The notes under the pieces: generated by a model | Databases searched by the model: none | Told to the model about the DNA's origin: nothing | The model's input: the letters and a program-made list of their open reading frames with translations, nothing else | Program-made: the position numbers and the translations under genes | Shown: positions 36,461-48,905 of the stretch, piece by piece | Layout: each line of letters opens with the position of its first letter | How positions within the stretch are numbered: the stretch's first letter is position 1 | Source: Vitrella brassicaformis CCMP3155 | Taxonomy: Eukaryota > Protista > Chromerida | DNA: 64,000 bases | Assembly (NCBI GenBank): GCA_001179505.1 | Contig: CDMY01000189.1 | Coordinates: 109,616 to 173,615 of the forward strand | Direction of reading: 5' to 3'

Positions 36461-36975
36461 GAGTGCGAAGCAAGATGCGGGAACCTCATCGAAGCGCTGG
36501 AAAGTAATATTGTATGGGGGCCGTACCCTCCCCCGCCCCCACTCCCCTGAAAAGCAGCAAAATTTCTCTCAAGCCTGTTGGGGGTTTTGTTGAGCCCCCA
36601 GTCTTCTTGGCCAAAAAGCGAGCTGCATGGCGATCCTTGCTGCAGCTCGCGCTCGAGGGAGCTGATTGAGGAAAAGTTGGAGGACTTTGTAGACACAGGG
36701 GCTCAGGCCCAACTCAGGCCCCAAGGAAAGTGGTAGGAAAGCACGCGAAATGGCGCATTACTGTGGAGTTCTCTTGCACGTGACGCTGTGATGAATGCAT
36801 GAGCGGTGTCTTTTGGCAGTTCACGATGAACACATTTGCCTTGCCCCGGTGTGGTACTCATCTGTGTGGTTGTCTGTCTGTCGTGTTGTCTGTTTTCTAT
36901 TTTAACGTGCCTGGTGCAGGTACGTCAGGTGCCTGATGATTGTGAGTGTCCGTCCCTGAGCCATTGTGACCGATC

Positions 36976-38603
36976 ATGAGCACTCGTCCATCGATGGTGA
37001 AGCCCCTGCCGCTGAGCACGGCCATCCCTCCCCCTCCCCCGGGTGCCCCACCGCCCCCCTCCCCTCCCCCAGCCACAGATGCCAACGACACATCCAGCTC
37101 CGACCGCACGTCAGAGCGGTCACCGTCCATCGAACACACGGACAGGGACCACGAGCAGGTGCTTCCGTCACCTATGTCACCCGCCATGCAATGCCATGCC
37201 ATGCCTTCCTCTCTGTGTGTGTGATGTGATGTGATCCATCAGGCCGCGATTGCTGCGAGTGAGCCGGTGCCGTCCGAGAGCCACAGTGAGGGCTGGCGGC
37301 GCGTCGAGGAGGTCGAGAGCTCCATCAGACGAGGGTCCTTCTCGCGCTCGGACCCCTGTGTCGTGCACATCGAGCGCATGAGCAGCCGGCTCGGCCTCGT
37401 CAAGACCAATGCCGCAGCCACAGACCAGCCCCCGACAGCCGATGACGAATCCCCCAGCCCCCGTCAGCGTGAGCTTGCCGAGCTGTTGCAGCGCAGCGCG
37501 GCCGACCACATCGACACCCAGTTGCAGGCGATATTCGCCGGCGTCGAGGGCGAGAGCGACCCGAAGGCCCTGCAATCGAAGCTGCAGTCGGCACGGTTCT
37601 GGCTGCTGCTGCAGGAGGGCGACCGGCATCTGCTGCTCGACCGCCTTCGTGAGCGGCAACGGTACCTCACCCATCTGCAGGAGGAGACGGCGCGGTGTCA
37701 GGCGTCATCGGATTTCTTGGCCCAGGAGAACCAGGACCTTATAGGTCAGGTGTCGCGGCTTGGCGAGGAGCTGCGGCAGCTCAAGGGGGAGCGGGACCGG
37801 CTCGTGGGGGAGGCCTATCACGTCAAGGAGCACCTCAAAATGACATCCGAGGAGAGCAGAAGACAGGTAGGTGGGGAGTGGGTGACAGGACCACACACAG
37901 GACCACACAACGTCTCGTCGACACACACAGCACAGAGAGTTGGTGTCGCTGCATGGTATGCAGATCAAGACGTTGAGTGAGGAGGTGAAGCATCAGCGGG
38001 TTGAGCGGGACAAGCTCCACTCGGAGCGCTCAGCCCTCGAGGCGCAACTCGTGGGCGTCAAGATCAAACTCGCCGAGGCACAGGTAACCAACCACACAGA
38101 CACACAGCCCACCACTTGCACATAACACAAACACGTGGAACAGAAAGACACTTCTTGCTCGCTTCCTGCCTGCGTGCCTGCATTGTGTGTCTGACTGACA
38201 GGAGAAGCAGGATAACTTAGAGACGCTTGTGGGCTACTACACCAAGCAGCTGGAGCGCTACGCCCCCCACATCCTCGCCCAAATCCAGGTGAGCATCCAT
38301 CCCCGCTCGCCTGTTAAGCAGGGCCGCTCGTCCAGCATCAGCGGCGCCTCCCCCAGCAGCCGCGACACCCCCATCCCCCTCCCCCCACCACTCACCGCGA
38401 GGCCCGACTACGGCGAAAGAAACATCCGCTCCTCTCCTGGTCGAGCGGCGGTCCCAAGGCTTCCTATCGGCGGCATCTCAGAGGGGAGGGAATATAGCAG
38501 CGGGGCTGGCGCTGGTGGTGGTGGCCCGGGTTTTCTGACTTTTCGGGGACTGTTTGGGCGAGGGACGGGGCAGGATGACCATCGAAGTGGCGGGGGGCAC
38601 TGA
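36976..38603 (+). CDS. Coiled-coil protein
   Basis: Heptad-rich exons (LRERQRYLTHLQEETARCQ...EELRQLKGERDRL; IKTLSEEVKHQRVERDKLHSERSALEAQL) with canonical GT-AG junctions. Confidence 0.65.
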
Positions 38604-38973
38604 CTGCAGTGGGGAAAGGGACTTGCTGTGGTGATCGATTTTGCTTTATCGCTCCGTTCCTTTGTTTGCTCACGTCGGCTTGGACGCAGTTGAGTCCGTC
38701 CGTGCACATCTGCATGACGAGGGCGGGAAGGAGGGCGGGAGGGAGGGAGGGGTGGGAGGATGCAATGCGCTGGTGTTTGCTTTCAAGGAGGACCCACGCG
38801 GTGATGCGTTCGTGACACATACAGGGGGGGTGTCTTGTGCTATCAGTGTTGATTCTCGATCGTAATGATGATGGGTGACACTTCAAGTTAGCATGCGGAT
38901 CGGTCCATCAATGTACTGCTCTCTCAGGCTACCTAAGCCCCCATGCACAGCCACAACGCATCCCCCACAACTC

Positions 38974-40095
38974 TCAATCAGCTTTCACCCTCTTGTCGGC
39001 AGGGTCGTAGGTCGGCAAACCCAGGAAAGCTCGGGGGTCGTCAATCTCGGCCTCCTCTGCCCGCCTCTCTCTCTCGGCCTTCAGCCTCGCTCTCATCTTC
39101 TCCTTGCCCAGCACCAGAGCCATGATCCACCCGGGCATTCGAAACAGCTCAATCAGCCGGTCAAGCGTGGTCAGGTCGACCAGCGACGTCGACTGGATGA
39201 TGTCTTGTGCGTGCTCCTCAATATACGGCCCCTTGAGGGCCGCTAGCAGGCTCGTCGCCACGATGGCGGCGTTGACCCCGCCCCGGTACTGGAAGAGCCA
39301 CAGCGGCATGCTCTGCGTCTGAACCATGAGGTAGTCCAGGCCGGTCACCACCAACGCACTCCCCGCCGTGGCAATGTAGGTCTTCCAAGGGTTGTAGTCG
39401 GCCCCGATGAGCACGCCGACTCCCATGGCCATGGGAACAACGCCGATGCACAGCCGCGGCCAGCCGTAGAAGAAGGAGCGGCGCGACCCGTATCGGGCGA
39501 TCTCCGCGCCGAAGTAGGATGCGCCCCAGAGGGAGAGCAGCAGGCCGCACACCTTGACGTGGTAGTTCATGATCATGTCCCACTTGTAGGGCGACTCGAT
39601 CAGCAGATAGGCGAAACCGAACAGGCCCACAGCCCAGCCGAGCGTCCAGCACACGAACCTGCCCGCACGGGGGGCCTGGTTCTTCTCATCGTAGGCGTAG
39701 AAGCGCTCGATCGTCATCTTTATCGAGTTGTCGAGCTCTTCGGCAAGCTGCAGGGACACCTTGAAGGAGGGGGGGACGGGGCGGGGGACGTACAGCTTCA
39801 CATAGCTGCCCAGAGTGGTCACATGCGGCACCTGCTGAGAAGCGGGGGTCTGCGCAAACGCACTGCCGCTTCTGGCTCCTCCTGACGGTGGCGGCTGTGC
39901 TGGTTGGCGGGAGAGTGGGTCCTCTCTTGACGGCTGCTGAGAGCGTTGTTGCTGCTGCTGCATCGATGGTGTGAAGGACGGTGCTGCGGCGGCCGATGAG
40001 TGATGCCGGCATTGGATCTTCGTCGAGAGCTTCCGGTGCTGAGGCCGAAGAAGCAGTGGCCGATGCATCACAACGACCCGGTAAGCCATTTGCAT
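38974..40095 (-). CDS. TMEM69/DUF3429-like mitochondrial membrane protein (single exon)
   Basis: 373-aa ORF with an R-rich leader, GLLLSLWGASYFGAEIARYG (cf. DUF3429 ILSFLGGxHWG) and PLWLFQYRGG, plus several TM helices. Confidence 0.65.
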   Translation of the reverse strand: MQMAYRVVVMHRPLLLRPQHRKLSTKIQCRHHSSAAAAPSFTPSMQQQQQRSQQPSREDPLSRQPAQPPPSGGARSGSAFAQTPASQQVPHVTTLGSYVKLYVPRPVPPSFKVSLQLAEELDNSIKMTIERFYAYDEKNQAPRAGRFVCWTLGWAVGLFGFAYLLIESPYKWDMIMNYHVKVCGLLLSLWGASYFGAEIARYGSRRSFFYGWPRLCIGVVPMAMGVGVLIGADYNPWKTYIATAGSALVVTGLDYLMVQTQSMPLWLFQYRGGVNAAIVATSLLAALKGPYIEEHAQDIIQSTSLVDLTTLDRLIELFRMPGWIMALVLGKEKMRARLKAERERRAEEAEIDDPRAFLGLPTYDPADKRVKAD

Positions 40096-40365
40096 TCACC
40101 GAAATGCCGCCTTTCTCTCTCCGAAACTAGGAGATCTTCGTTCCTGCTGACAAAGGCAGAGATGTTGATTGCTTCTGTTGCTCGTCCTCTGGTGGTGGTT
40201 AAGGGGAAGATTTCGTCCTCGAAAGCGAAGCAAAGCTCGCACTCCACCCAAGCTCGCAGGCGAAGAAAAGGCCGAAAAAACCGCTGCAAGAAAAGGCCGA
40301 AACCGCCACAGATGGATGACTATGATGCAGTGAGTTGTTCTTGGAGGCGATCTGGCAGTTTATCA

Positions 40366-43022
40366 ATGTCAGCCAAAAGATGCGCCATGCTGTGGCTGCT
40401 GCCCGTCGTCTGCATCCTGCCGGCCACGCAAGGACACGCAGCAGCGCCAGCAGGCTTCGTGCTCAGCCGCCCTACACCACTAAAGGCAGCAAAGCGGACG
40501 GCGGCCTCTCCATCTATCGCTGCTGCTCATTCTTCCGCTGACACCCTTGGGGAGGTGGGCAGAGAGAAGGACTGCATTGCAACGCGGATGCGCGTTGTGT
40601 GTTTGATTGTTTGGTTGATGCTTGTGTGGATGTTTGTTGGGTGTGAATGTGTGTGTTGCAGTCGGAGCGGTTGCAGAAGGGCTTCACTGTTGACAAGGGC
40701 CACGCCCGGCGGCTGCCGGTGAGGACGGTCGAGGAGCTGCACCGATACCTCGACAGAGGCATCAAACTACCGTAAGCTAAGCAAGCCACTCACTCCACAC
40801 GCATGCTGCTCGCATCATTGCATTGCCTTGTTCATGCATCCCTCCGCCCATCCCCATCAGGCATCTTGACATCCGTGGCCAGACTCACCTACTCCCCCTG
40901 CCAGACAAGAACCCCATTATCAACCAAGCAGATGCATCAGCAGAGGTCAACTGCACCGGCCTTCATCCGGTGCTGCAGGTGCTTTACAAGCGCCGCCTCG
41001 AGGGCTCCCGGCCCGGCCAGCGCACCGACGGCCACCAGGTGGCCTTGGCGATTGAGGGCGGAGGGATGCGGGGGTGTCTGGGTGCCGGGATGGTGTGTGC
41101 TCTGAAGCAGCTTAACCTGACCGACTGCTTCGACGTCATTTACGGCAGCAGCGCGGGGGCGCTCGTGGGGGCGTACTTCATCACGGGGCAGGTGCCTTAT
41201 GAGGGCGGACAGGTCTACTACGACTGGCTGCCGGCCGCTGGCAAGTGAGTGCCCGATGGATGGATGGATGGATGGATGGATCGAGAAAAGACAGATGGCA
41301 TCCGAATCGGAATATCGGCGTGTGTGTTGTCTGTGTGGGTGTAGGGATTTCATCAACACGGCCCGCGTGCTGCGGAGTGTGGGTCTTGGTCCGCTGGGCG
41401 GCGACGTGTGGGATTGGCTGCGGGACAAGCTGGGCAAGCCGGTCCTCAACCTCGACTACCTCCTGAGAGATGTGGTGCAGAAGTACCAGCCTCTCGACTG
41501 GGAGAGATTTCGGGACAAAGAGAGGCACCAACCGCTCAAGGCAAGCGACACATGCCAACCAAGATGATTCGCACAGGAATGCGTGTGTGCGTCTCCATGC
41601 ATTCTGCAGATCGTTGCCAGCGGTCTTGTGAGCCGCCAGGCGGTGGTGCTGGATTCCCATCACGGCAACTTCGCCTCCCTCCCCGAGCTGGCCGAGTGCA
41701 TGCGGGCGTCCATGCTGCTGCCCGGCATCGCAGGTCCAGTCGTCAGGCTCAACTCAACGGGATCCAACGTCCTGCGGGTCACCGGACCTGCCTTCGACAA
41801 CGGCAGGTGCGCTACCGACACACACACACGCACAAACACACACGTTTACTCTCTTGACGGCACTCATGTGTCTGTCTGGTGGTATCTGGTGGCACAAAGG
41901 ATGCCCCGATTTGGCGGCGAGCCGACGGTTGAGAGTGGTGAGCCGATGGCGGACGCTCTGCTCTACGAGCCCATTCCCTACCGATCGGCTGTGCGCGAGA
42001 ACGCCACACACATTCTGGTGCTGCGGACACGACCCGACGGCGTCAAGGTCACGGGCGCCTTCAAGCTGATCGAGAAGCTGATCATGGCTCGGTTCTTCAA
42101 GGCCAAGAACAGGATGCGCGACATCTACACCTACATGAAGCGCCTGGGCCACAAGGTCCTCTACGCCGAGGACATCCTCTGGCTCAACAACCGCACAATG
42201 GACATCACCGGTGCGGCGGGGCCGCCACACGCACTCGCCATCTCGCCGCTGCCCGATCGCACGGAAATCGCCAGGTCATTCAGTCTCTGTGAGGGTCTGT
42301 CTGCCTGTGTGTCGGCAAGGTATCCACCGTGTTTGTTGTCGCTCGGTCGCTCGTTGACGCAGGTATGAGATGAGCCGTGAGGCCATTTTTAACGCGCTTC
42401 GCGACGGATTCGCTCGGGCATACGACGTGCTGGTGGCCGACCCTTTAGAGAGAGGCAGAGGCGCACAAGTCGCCAAACAGGTAGTAGGGACACACACACA
42501 CACACACACTCATGCAGGAGAAAACAGATCGGTTGACCGTCCGTGATTCCTGTCGCGTGTGTGCAGGTCCTGCCCGATGCGATTCTTGACACCGCGCCAG
42601 CCCCAGTGACCCACAGCCTCTTCGCCAATGGTGACAGGGCTGCCACATCAGCACCAGCAGCCGCAGCAGCAGCCGACCCCCTTCAGCCGACCGCCCCTCC
42701 CTGCCCCCCCAATGCAGCACAAGAGTCAGCTGCTGACCCCAGTCTGCCCACAGTCAGCCGCTTCACCACGTCGGAGGTGCGGCGGTGGTTCAGGAATCAG
42801 ATGGACTCAAGGGTGTGGAGCTTCAGCGAGCCGCAGCCACCTGATGCTGATTCTGATGAGGGCGACACACGCCGCGCCCCAGGAAGGGGAAAGAAGATGA
42901 GGATCGACGTGTTGTTGCTGAGGCTGCGGTCGTCGTTGATGAAGAGCCAGGCGAGGAAACGCAGACGGCGGCAACTGCTGCAGCTGTGGAGAAATAAGCG
43001 GGCCGGGGCGGTGCTCGTGTAG
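40366..43022 (+). CDS. Patatin-like phospholipase, probably plastid-targeted
   Basis: ALAIEGGGMRG oxyanion motif, IYGSSAGA nucleophile elbow, MRASMLLPGIAG, and a DAL Asp motif. Bipartite leader MLWLLPVVCILPATQGHAAAPAGFVLSR. Confidence 0.85.
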
Positions 43023-43630
43023 GCTGACAGACACGAGGGAGGGAGGGAGGTATGATAGGTCATATTGTGAAGGCTGTGGTGTGGGTGTCCTGGTTCGTGT
43101 TGCTCGCTCCATTTTTGTCGGATCATTGAGATTTTTGGAGGGGCCGTTCGTTCGGTTGGCCGGCCGTCCTGTTTTTTGGCCTGACACACCCATACCACAC
43201 CACACGCACCATACCCACCCATTAGGTCTAGCTAGCATGGTGCCCTCCCCCACATTACGAAGCCGTCCATGCCATCCATGCATCCGTCACGTCAATGTAG
43301 ATACATAGAAGAAGGCAGAAACTGTGCGAGGGTGCGGTGGGGTGCGGTGGGGTGCGGTGGGGTGCAGTTTTGTTGGTGGTGGTGTATAGGTGACTCAGAT
43401 CAGCCAGCAAGGAGCCGCTGACACACACTCACTCTCTCACTCTCTCATTCATGTAAGGGAGGGGGCGGTTTTGAGCAGTAGGGGGGACTAATGTGCCTGT
43501 CTGGTCGACACCCATCTGTGTGTGTGAATGAATGCATCTGTTTGTGTCTGACTACTCAATGCTACCGTCTGTCTGCAGATGGGCGGCATGCCAGTCAGTC
43601 ATTCATTGATTGATTGATTGATTCATTCAT

Positions 43631-44101
43631 TCAATCATCCGGTTCATCGTACGTCTTGTGATACCCCTTTGTGCATCCCTCTGCCTCAATGTCAAGAGCC
43701 CCACAGCACTCGTAAAAGTACACCGTCCCCTTCCCACTTGCAAGTGCCTCGTCCGTCCTCCCCCTGTCGCCCATAACCGAGCAGCACTGGCCCTTCTGCC
43801 CTCCCCCTCCCCCTCCCTCTCGCCCTCCCTCTCTCTCGGGGTCATCTGTCTGCTGCTGGCTCTCTTGCTTGTGCCGTGCAATGAGGTCAAGCCGACAGAC
43901 GTTGCTGTAGTTCCTCTCTCTGGTGAATATGTCGAGATACCAAGCGGCAGCGGCGCCACGGAAGAAGGACGGGTGGAAGCGGCAGCTGGTTGGGCCGTTG
44001 TCCAACTCCTTGAAGGTCTCTTTGCACACGCGGCATGTGCGCCACCTCTCGTTCTTGGGATCACTCACTGCAGGGGACACCCCTGATGGGTCCGCTGCCA
44101 T
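43631..44101 (-). CDS. Small Cys/His-rich putative zinc-binding protein (single exon)
   Basis: WRTCRVCKETF...SCRFHP and FYECCGALDIEAEGCTKGYHKTYD. Confidence 0.65.
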   Translation of the reverse strand: MAADPSGVSPAVSDPKNERWRTCRVCKETFKELDNGPTSCRFHPSFFRGAAAAWYLDIFTRERNYSNVCRLDLIARHKQESQQQTDDPEREGGREGGGGGGQKGQCCSVMGDRGRTDEALASGKGTVYFYECCGALDIEAEGCTKGYHKTYDEPDD

Positions 44102-44433
44102 GGCAAGTGAGAAGGCCTTCTGACAACACACACGAGGAAGCACCTGAGAATATCCAATTCATCATTCTTGGCACTGATCGTTCTTGTGCTCTCACCTACC
44201 TTACCTTCTTACTGGTTGGTTGGTTACTGGAATGCTCTTCTCAATCCACTTATCTCGCGCTGCAGCAGCAGCAGTTTCCGGAGCACAGAGAACGCTTAGA
44301 GCGCGACTCGGCATTAAACGTAAACTGCCATTCAGAAACACCAGAGTCGTTCAGTGGCGATGTGCTATCGATAAGTCCCGACTGTGGTTCTATAGTCCAA
44401 TTGCTATATAAGTGTGGCTTTGGTGCGAGGAGA

Positions 44434-44552
44434 ATGAGTCAAGTGCTGCAGAGGATCCTCACGGAGCAGGAGCTCCAGGAACTGGGACTGCCAAGGAGAG
44501 AGTGAGCCAAGCCCATGGACCCACACACACAAGCCTACTTAATCATCTTGCT

Positions 44553-44583
<31 letters not shown>

Positions 44584-46518
44584 CTGTGTGTGTGTGCCTG
44601 AAGGGAGCTGGTGAACCAGGCGGACACGCTGAGCTGCCGGTCCTTCCGCAAGCTGCGCTGGATGGCGGTGGCAAACTTCTTCGGCTACTGGGGAGTCGTC
44701 CTCTTCTGCCTCTACAGGTGCGTGGCGGGAGCGTACCAGTGAGGGAGCCTATGACAAGCACCACTGAGCACAACTCACTCACCGATGCTGTGTGTGTGTG
44801 TGTGTCTGGCTGGCCGGCTGCTGTCTGCAGGTTTCTGCAGTCGCCTTTGTTGGTGCCGGGCAGCTTTGAGGTGTGTCTGTTCCTGATTTGGTGCTTCCTG
44901 ACCTCCTTCGCTGAGGTCCGTCTTGGCATCGGTCTGGTGGGCCTGCACGGCATCTCCCTCGTCGAGATACTCGCCTTCATCCTCGGTCAGTCAGTCAGCC
45001 GGCAAAGATTAAGCATGACAACTGGCCGCCAGCCGGCTGCAGGTCCCGAGAGATGTGTGGTTTTGCGTGTGTGTCGGTGTGTGTGCAGGTCTGGGTGGTC
45101 GGACGGTGATCTTCTGCGACGTCATGTTCATCGCCATCGCGTCCAAGAGCTGGCGGCTGATCTTCCTCACCGCCCTGACCGTCTTTATGGTCGCCATCGG
45201 CCTCTTCACATTCCTCCTGCAGGCGCGCATGGCCCTCACCCTTTTCATCGACAACGACTTCTTCTCGTTCGAGACGCCACATCACGTCGTCAAGCCGTCG
45301 GCGTGGGCCCGCATGTGGCGCTTCACACGCACCCTCTGCACACAACTGGCCGCCTGCCTGCTGCACCTGCCCGTCTCGCTGCGGCGGCTTCTCCGAGGGG
45401 TCCGGAACACGCGGGCTCGGGGGCTCCCCTGCTTCCCCTACACGGACAGGGCCGCCGGCCAGTCGAGAACGCTCCGGAGCGAGAGCAACAGCCTGGTCAA
45501 CCCCCTCACCGCCATGAGCCCACACACCCACACAGGCGCCTCACCAAACGCAGCCATGGGCGGCGGCGGTCTGCAGCCCATAGAAATGGGCCATCTCGCC
45601 AAGAGCCCCATCAAGCAGCACAAGGGTGGCGGCGGGGGCGGGGGCGGGGGCGAGCTCAGCGGCAGCACAGCAGCCGAGGAGAGCACCGATGGGGCGGCCT
45701 CATCCGGCAAGTCGGAAGGGTCTGGGCGAGCGTCCCCGGCCGCGAGCAGCGCCGACCACGCGGCCCCCTTATCAGACAGAGGCCGCCCCTCCCCCCTCCT
45801 TCCAATGGCGTCTCGCGCCGGTGCCCGCACGTCAGACGAGACGGGCAGCGAGGGCTCGGCCACCTGGGTGACGGTCAACCTCAATGAGAACGATGACACA
45901 AGCGACACTGACCAGAGAGGGGGGAGGAGGGGTGGCGGTGGCGGTGGCGGTGGGCGGGGCGTGCGTGTGGCGTCGGCGATTGCCGAGGAGGGCGAGGGGG
46001 AGGATGCTAGTGGCAGTGGGGTGTCTCCTTTGGGAGGGGGCGAGAGTGACGACGGTGAAGGGTTGGTGGACAACGAGACTGGGACGAGGGCGGTGGTGCA
46101 GCTGGCCAACACGTTCCACCATATGGACCTGCTCTTCCTCCAAGGCATTCTCAAAAAGGTAAATAAGGTGCCCACCCCTCGTACTGGACTGCACTGGGAG
46201 AGAGGGAGGGAGAGGGAGGCGTGGATGCTCTATCTATCTGTGTGTGATTGTGTTTGTTCCTTTATAAAGAGGTTCGTGCCGCCTGAGATGGTGGAAGGCC
46301 ACGAGTTCATCGTGGCCACATCGACAGTCAGCCGCTGCATGTGCGAGGACCTGGTGCAGTGTGTCCTCAAGGTCTTTCTGCTGCTCGGCTACGGCTACAA
46401 CCCCTTCATCATGTTGGCAGTCGTCCTGTCGGCCGCACAGGCCTTCTTCATGTGCTGCTTCTCGTCTGCCTCATTCGACGAGGTGCAGCCCAGCCTGGAG
46501 GAATGGTTCCTCATGTGA
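44434..46518 (+). CDS. Multipass membrane protein with a large cytosolic loop
   Basis: Spliced hydrophobic exons (WMAVANFFGYWGVVLFCLY; IFLTALTVFMVAIGLFTFLL; CEDLVQCVLKVFLLLGYGYNPFIMLAVVLSAAQAFF) ending EEWFLM*. Confidence 0.65.
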
Positions 46519-47128
46519 GCGACGGACGTCGACCGGATATATACACACGGGCGTGGCGTGTCATCGCACACGCCCGCGATGAGCCTAAGCGTCCGACCGA
46601 GTCGACATCGTGTGTGCGCCGTGGTGATGCGGTGCGCCGTGTAAGAGCGGCTTCTTGCTCGAGTTTTTCGTCTGGCTGTCTTCCTCTCTGTCTGTCTGTC
46701 TGTCTGTCTGTGGTGGGGCGGAGAGTGTGGCCGTGCAGTCTGATGTACAGGTGGACTCATTGATCGATTCGGCTGGCTACACATGGGACTTTTCATCGGC
46801 TGCATTTGCCTAAGTCAAATTGTCCTACCGAGGTGCATTGCGTTTTCAATATAGATTGACCCAGCAAAGACGATGGATGGGCGGATACTCACTTCCACGT
46901 GGGTGCAGTGCAAATTGACACACAGGCTGATGGAAACAACAAATGCATGCACTGGGTGCAGCTCCGGACAAAAGGATCGCCCAGATCTCCACTGAGGATA
47001 TAAGCTGCGGCCTGCCATTCCTTCCCCTATTGCCGTTCCATTCTGTGCCTCTGTAACAGTCAGAGGCCTTCGTCTTTCCTCAGGTTGATTGAACGATCTG
47101 ATCTGCCATCTATCACTCATTCAAGGCC

Positions 47129-48743
47129 ATGGAGAGCTCGTCATCTCGCCGTCCCCCGCTGCAGGAGAAGTGCATCCTGGTTGTCGGCATGAACCCAGCT
47201 CACCAGCGGACCCTCATCTTCGAGAGAGATGGGCTGAAGCTGGGCCGGGTCAACCGTGCGCAGCGGGTCATTACGACGTTTGGCGGCAAGGGACAGCATG
47301 CAGCGGTCGGCGAGGCGCAGCACAGCACTGCACGGCACACTAGAGAGAGGGCCGATTTTGCGATTGAAATGCCATGAAATGTGTGTGTGTGTGGTGTCGT
47401 TGTGCAGAAGGCCATCAGTCAGCTCCACCCGGGCGCCTGCATTCTGCTTCAGGTAGCCTGGTACAGCACACATCGATCACATCAATCAATCATTGGACAG
47501 CCCTCTGTCTGTCTGTGTTTGCTGCAGCTCTTGGGTGGGCCAATCACCGCGTGCACTGCACGGAGCCATGACACTTCGATCACTGCTGCTTGTCATCCAT
47601 CGATCCATGCCATGCGTCTTTTCCTTCCGAAGGAGGCCAGTCGGGCAAGGACATCTGCGCCGCCCTCAGCCAGCTGCCCCTCCACCAGTGGACCTTCTGG
47701 TACTCCGATGCCGAGGCCGCCACCCGGACCTGCACCACCCTCATTCAGCTGCCAGACCCATCGTCGCCCGACACCAGCCGACACAAGACCGTCATGACCG
47801 AGCTGATTGACCCTTCCCCAGAGCTCACGGCGGCCGAATACGACACCATAAGGAATCCCGTGTTGGATGCGCTGTCCAGCGGAGCAGTTCGGGAGGGTCT
47901 CAGGGGAGTGGCCCTGTGTGGGACCTTCCCGCCGGGCATCCCTTCTGCTTTGTATGAGGGCATCGTGCAGGCTGTCGCTGCGAATGATGCGGCCGCTGGC
48001 GGGGGGACAGAGACCGTCATTGTGCTCGACGCTTGGAAAGGTACACACACACACACACACACACGAAGAGTGGGTGTCACTGTGTCATGGCGGGCGCTGT
48101 TTCCTACCTGCAGGTGTGTTGCCGTGTCTGTCGCGTCAAGTGGTGCACACTCTCAAAATCAATGAGGAGGAGCTGTGGGACCTCTGTGGGGCGGCGCTGC
48201 CCGACCACCTCACCATCAAGACCACGTCGCAGGCTGCAGCCCTCCTCATCGACAAATGCAAACTACACGCAGTCGCAGGTGAGTCATATCAGAGCCACAC
48301 TCACACAGAGAGGGGGGGAGGGCGGGAGAGACAACGGCTTCTGTCCCTCCATCCCTCGCTTGTGTGGCTCAGTGACGGCTGGCGGCAAATCGGCGGCCCT
48401 CTACGTCAGCCAGAGAGAGGGAGGGGAGGGCTCAGCCTCATCGGTGCGGCTACGTGAGTTCGACTTCACTCTGCCCGACATAGAGGACCGGCTCAAGAAT
48501 CCAATCGGGGCCGGCGACACCTGCACGGGCGTGTACCTGGCGGAACTCCTCACACACCCATTCACAAGTACGTGCGCAGACAGACAGGCAGACATGCAAT
48601 TAGTTAATTGTCGTGGTGCGGTTTGGTTGGCAGGGCTGGGCGAGATCGATCCACAATGGATAGTGGACGCCTTTCGCAAAGGTCTCGCGGCGGCGTCCGC
48701 CTCATGCCTGCAGTGGACAGGTCAGTGAGGGATCCGATCCATA

Positions 48744-48778
<35 letters not shown>

Positions 48779-48905
48779 CGCCTTTGAGCAGCCTCACGAG
48801 TGTTGTGTGTGTCGTGTGTGTGTGTGCGCAGGTGCGTCGTTCGAGCGTGAAGACGTGGATGCGCTGATGGCGCAGATCGCTGTCAAGGAGACTGCACACG
48901 ATTGA
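47129..48905 (+). CDS. PfkB/ribokinase-family carbohydrate kinase (1-phosphofructokinase/tagatose-6-P kinase-like)
   Basis: VVGMNPA...GRVNRA...GGKGQHAA, LKINEEEL, and the NPIGAGDT anion-hole motif. Confidence 0.85.

Noticed and set aside
43330-43367. (GGTGCGGTGG)x3 G-rich tandem repeat; a similar GGGGCGGGG run at ~17933
   Set aside because: Short minisatellites in 3' intergenic DNA. G-quadruplex potential is unremarkable in a GC-rich genome.
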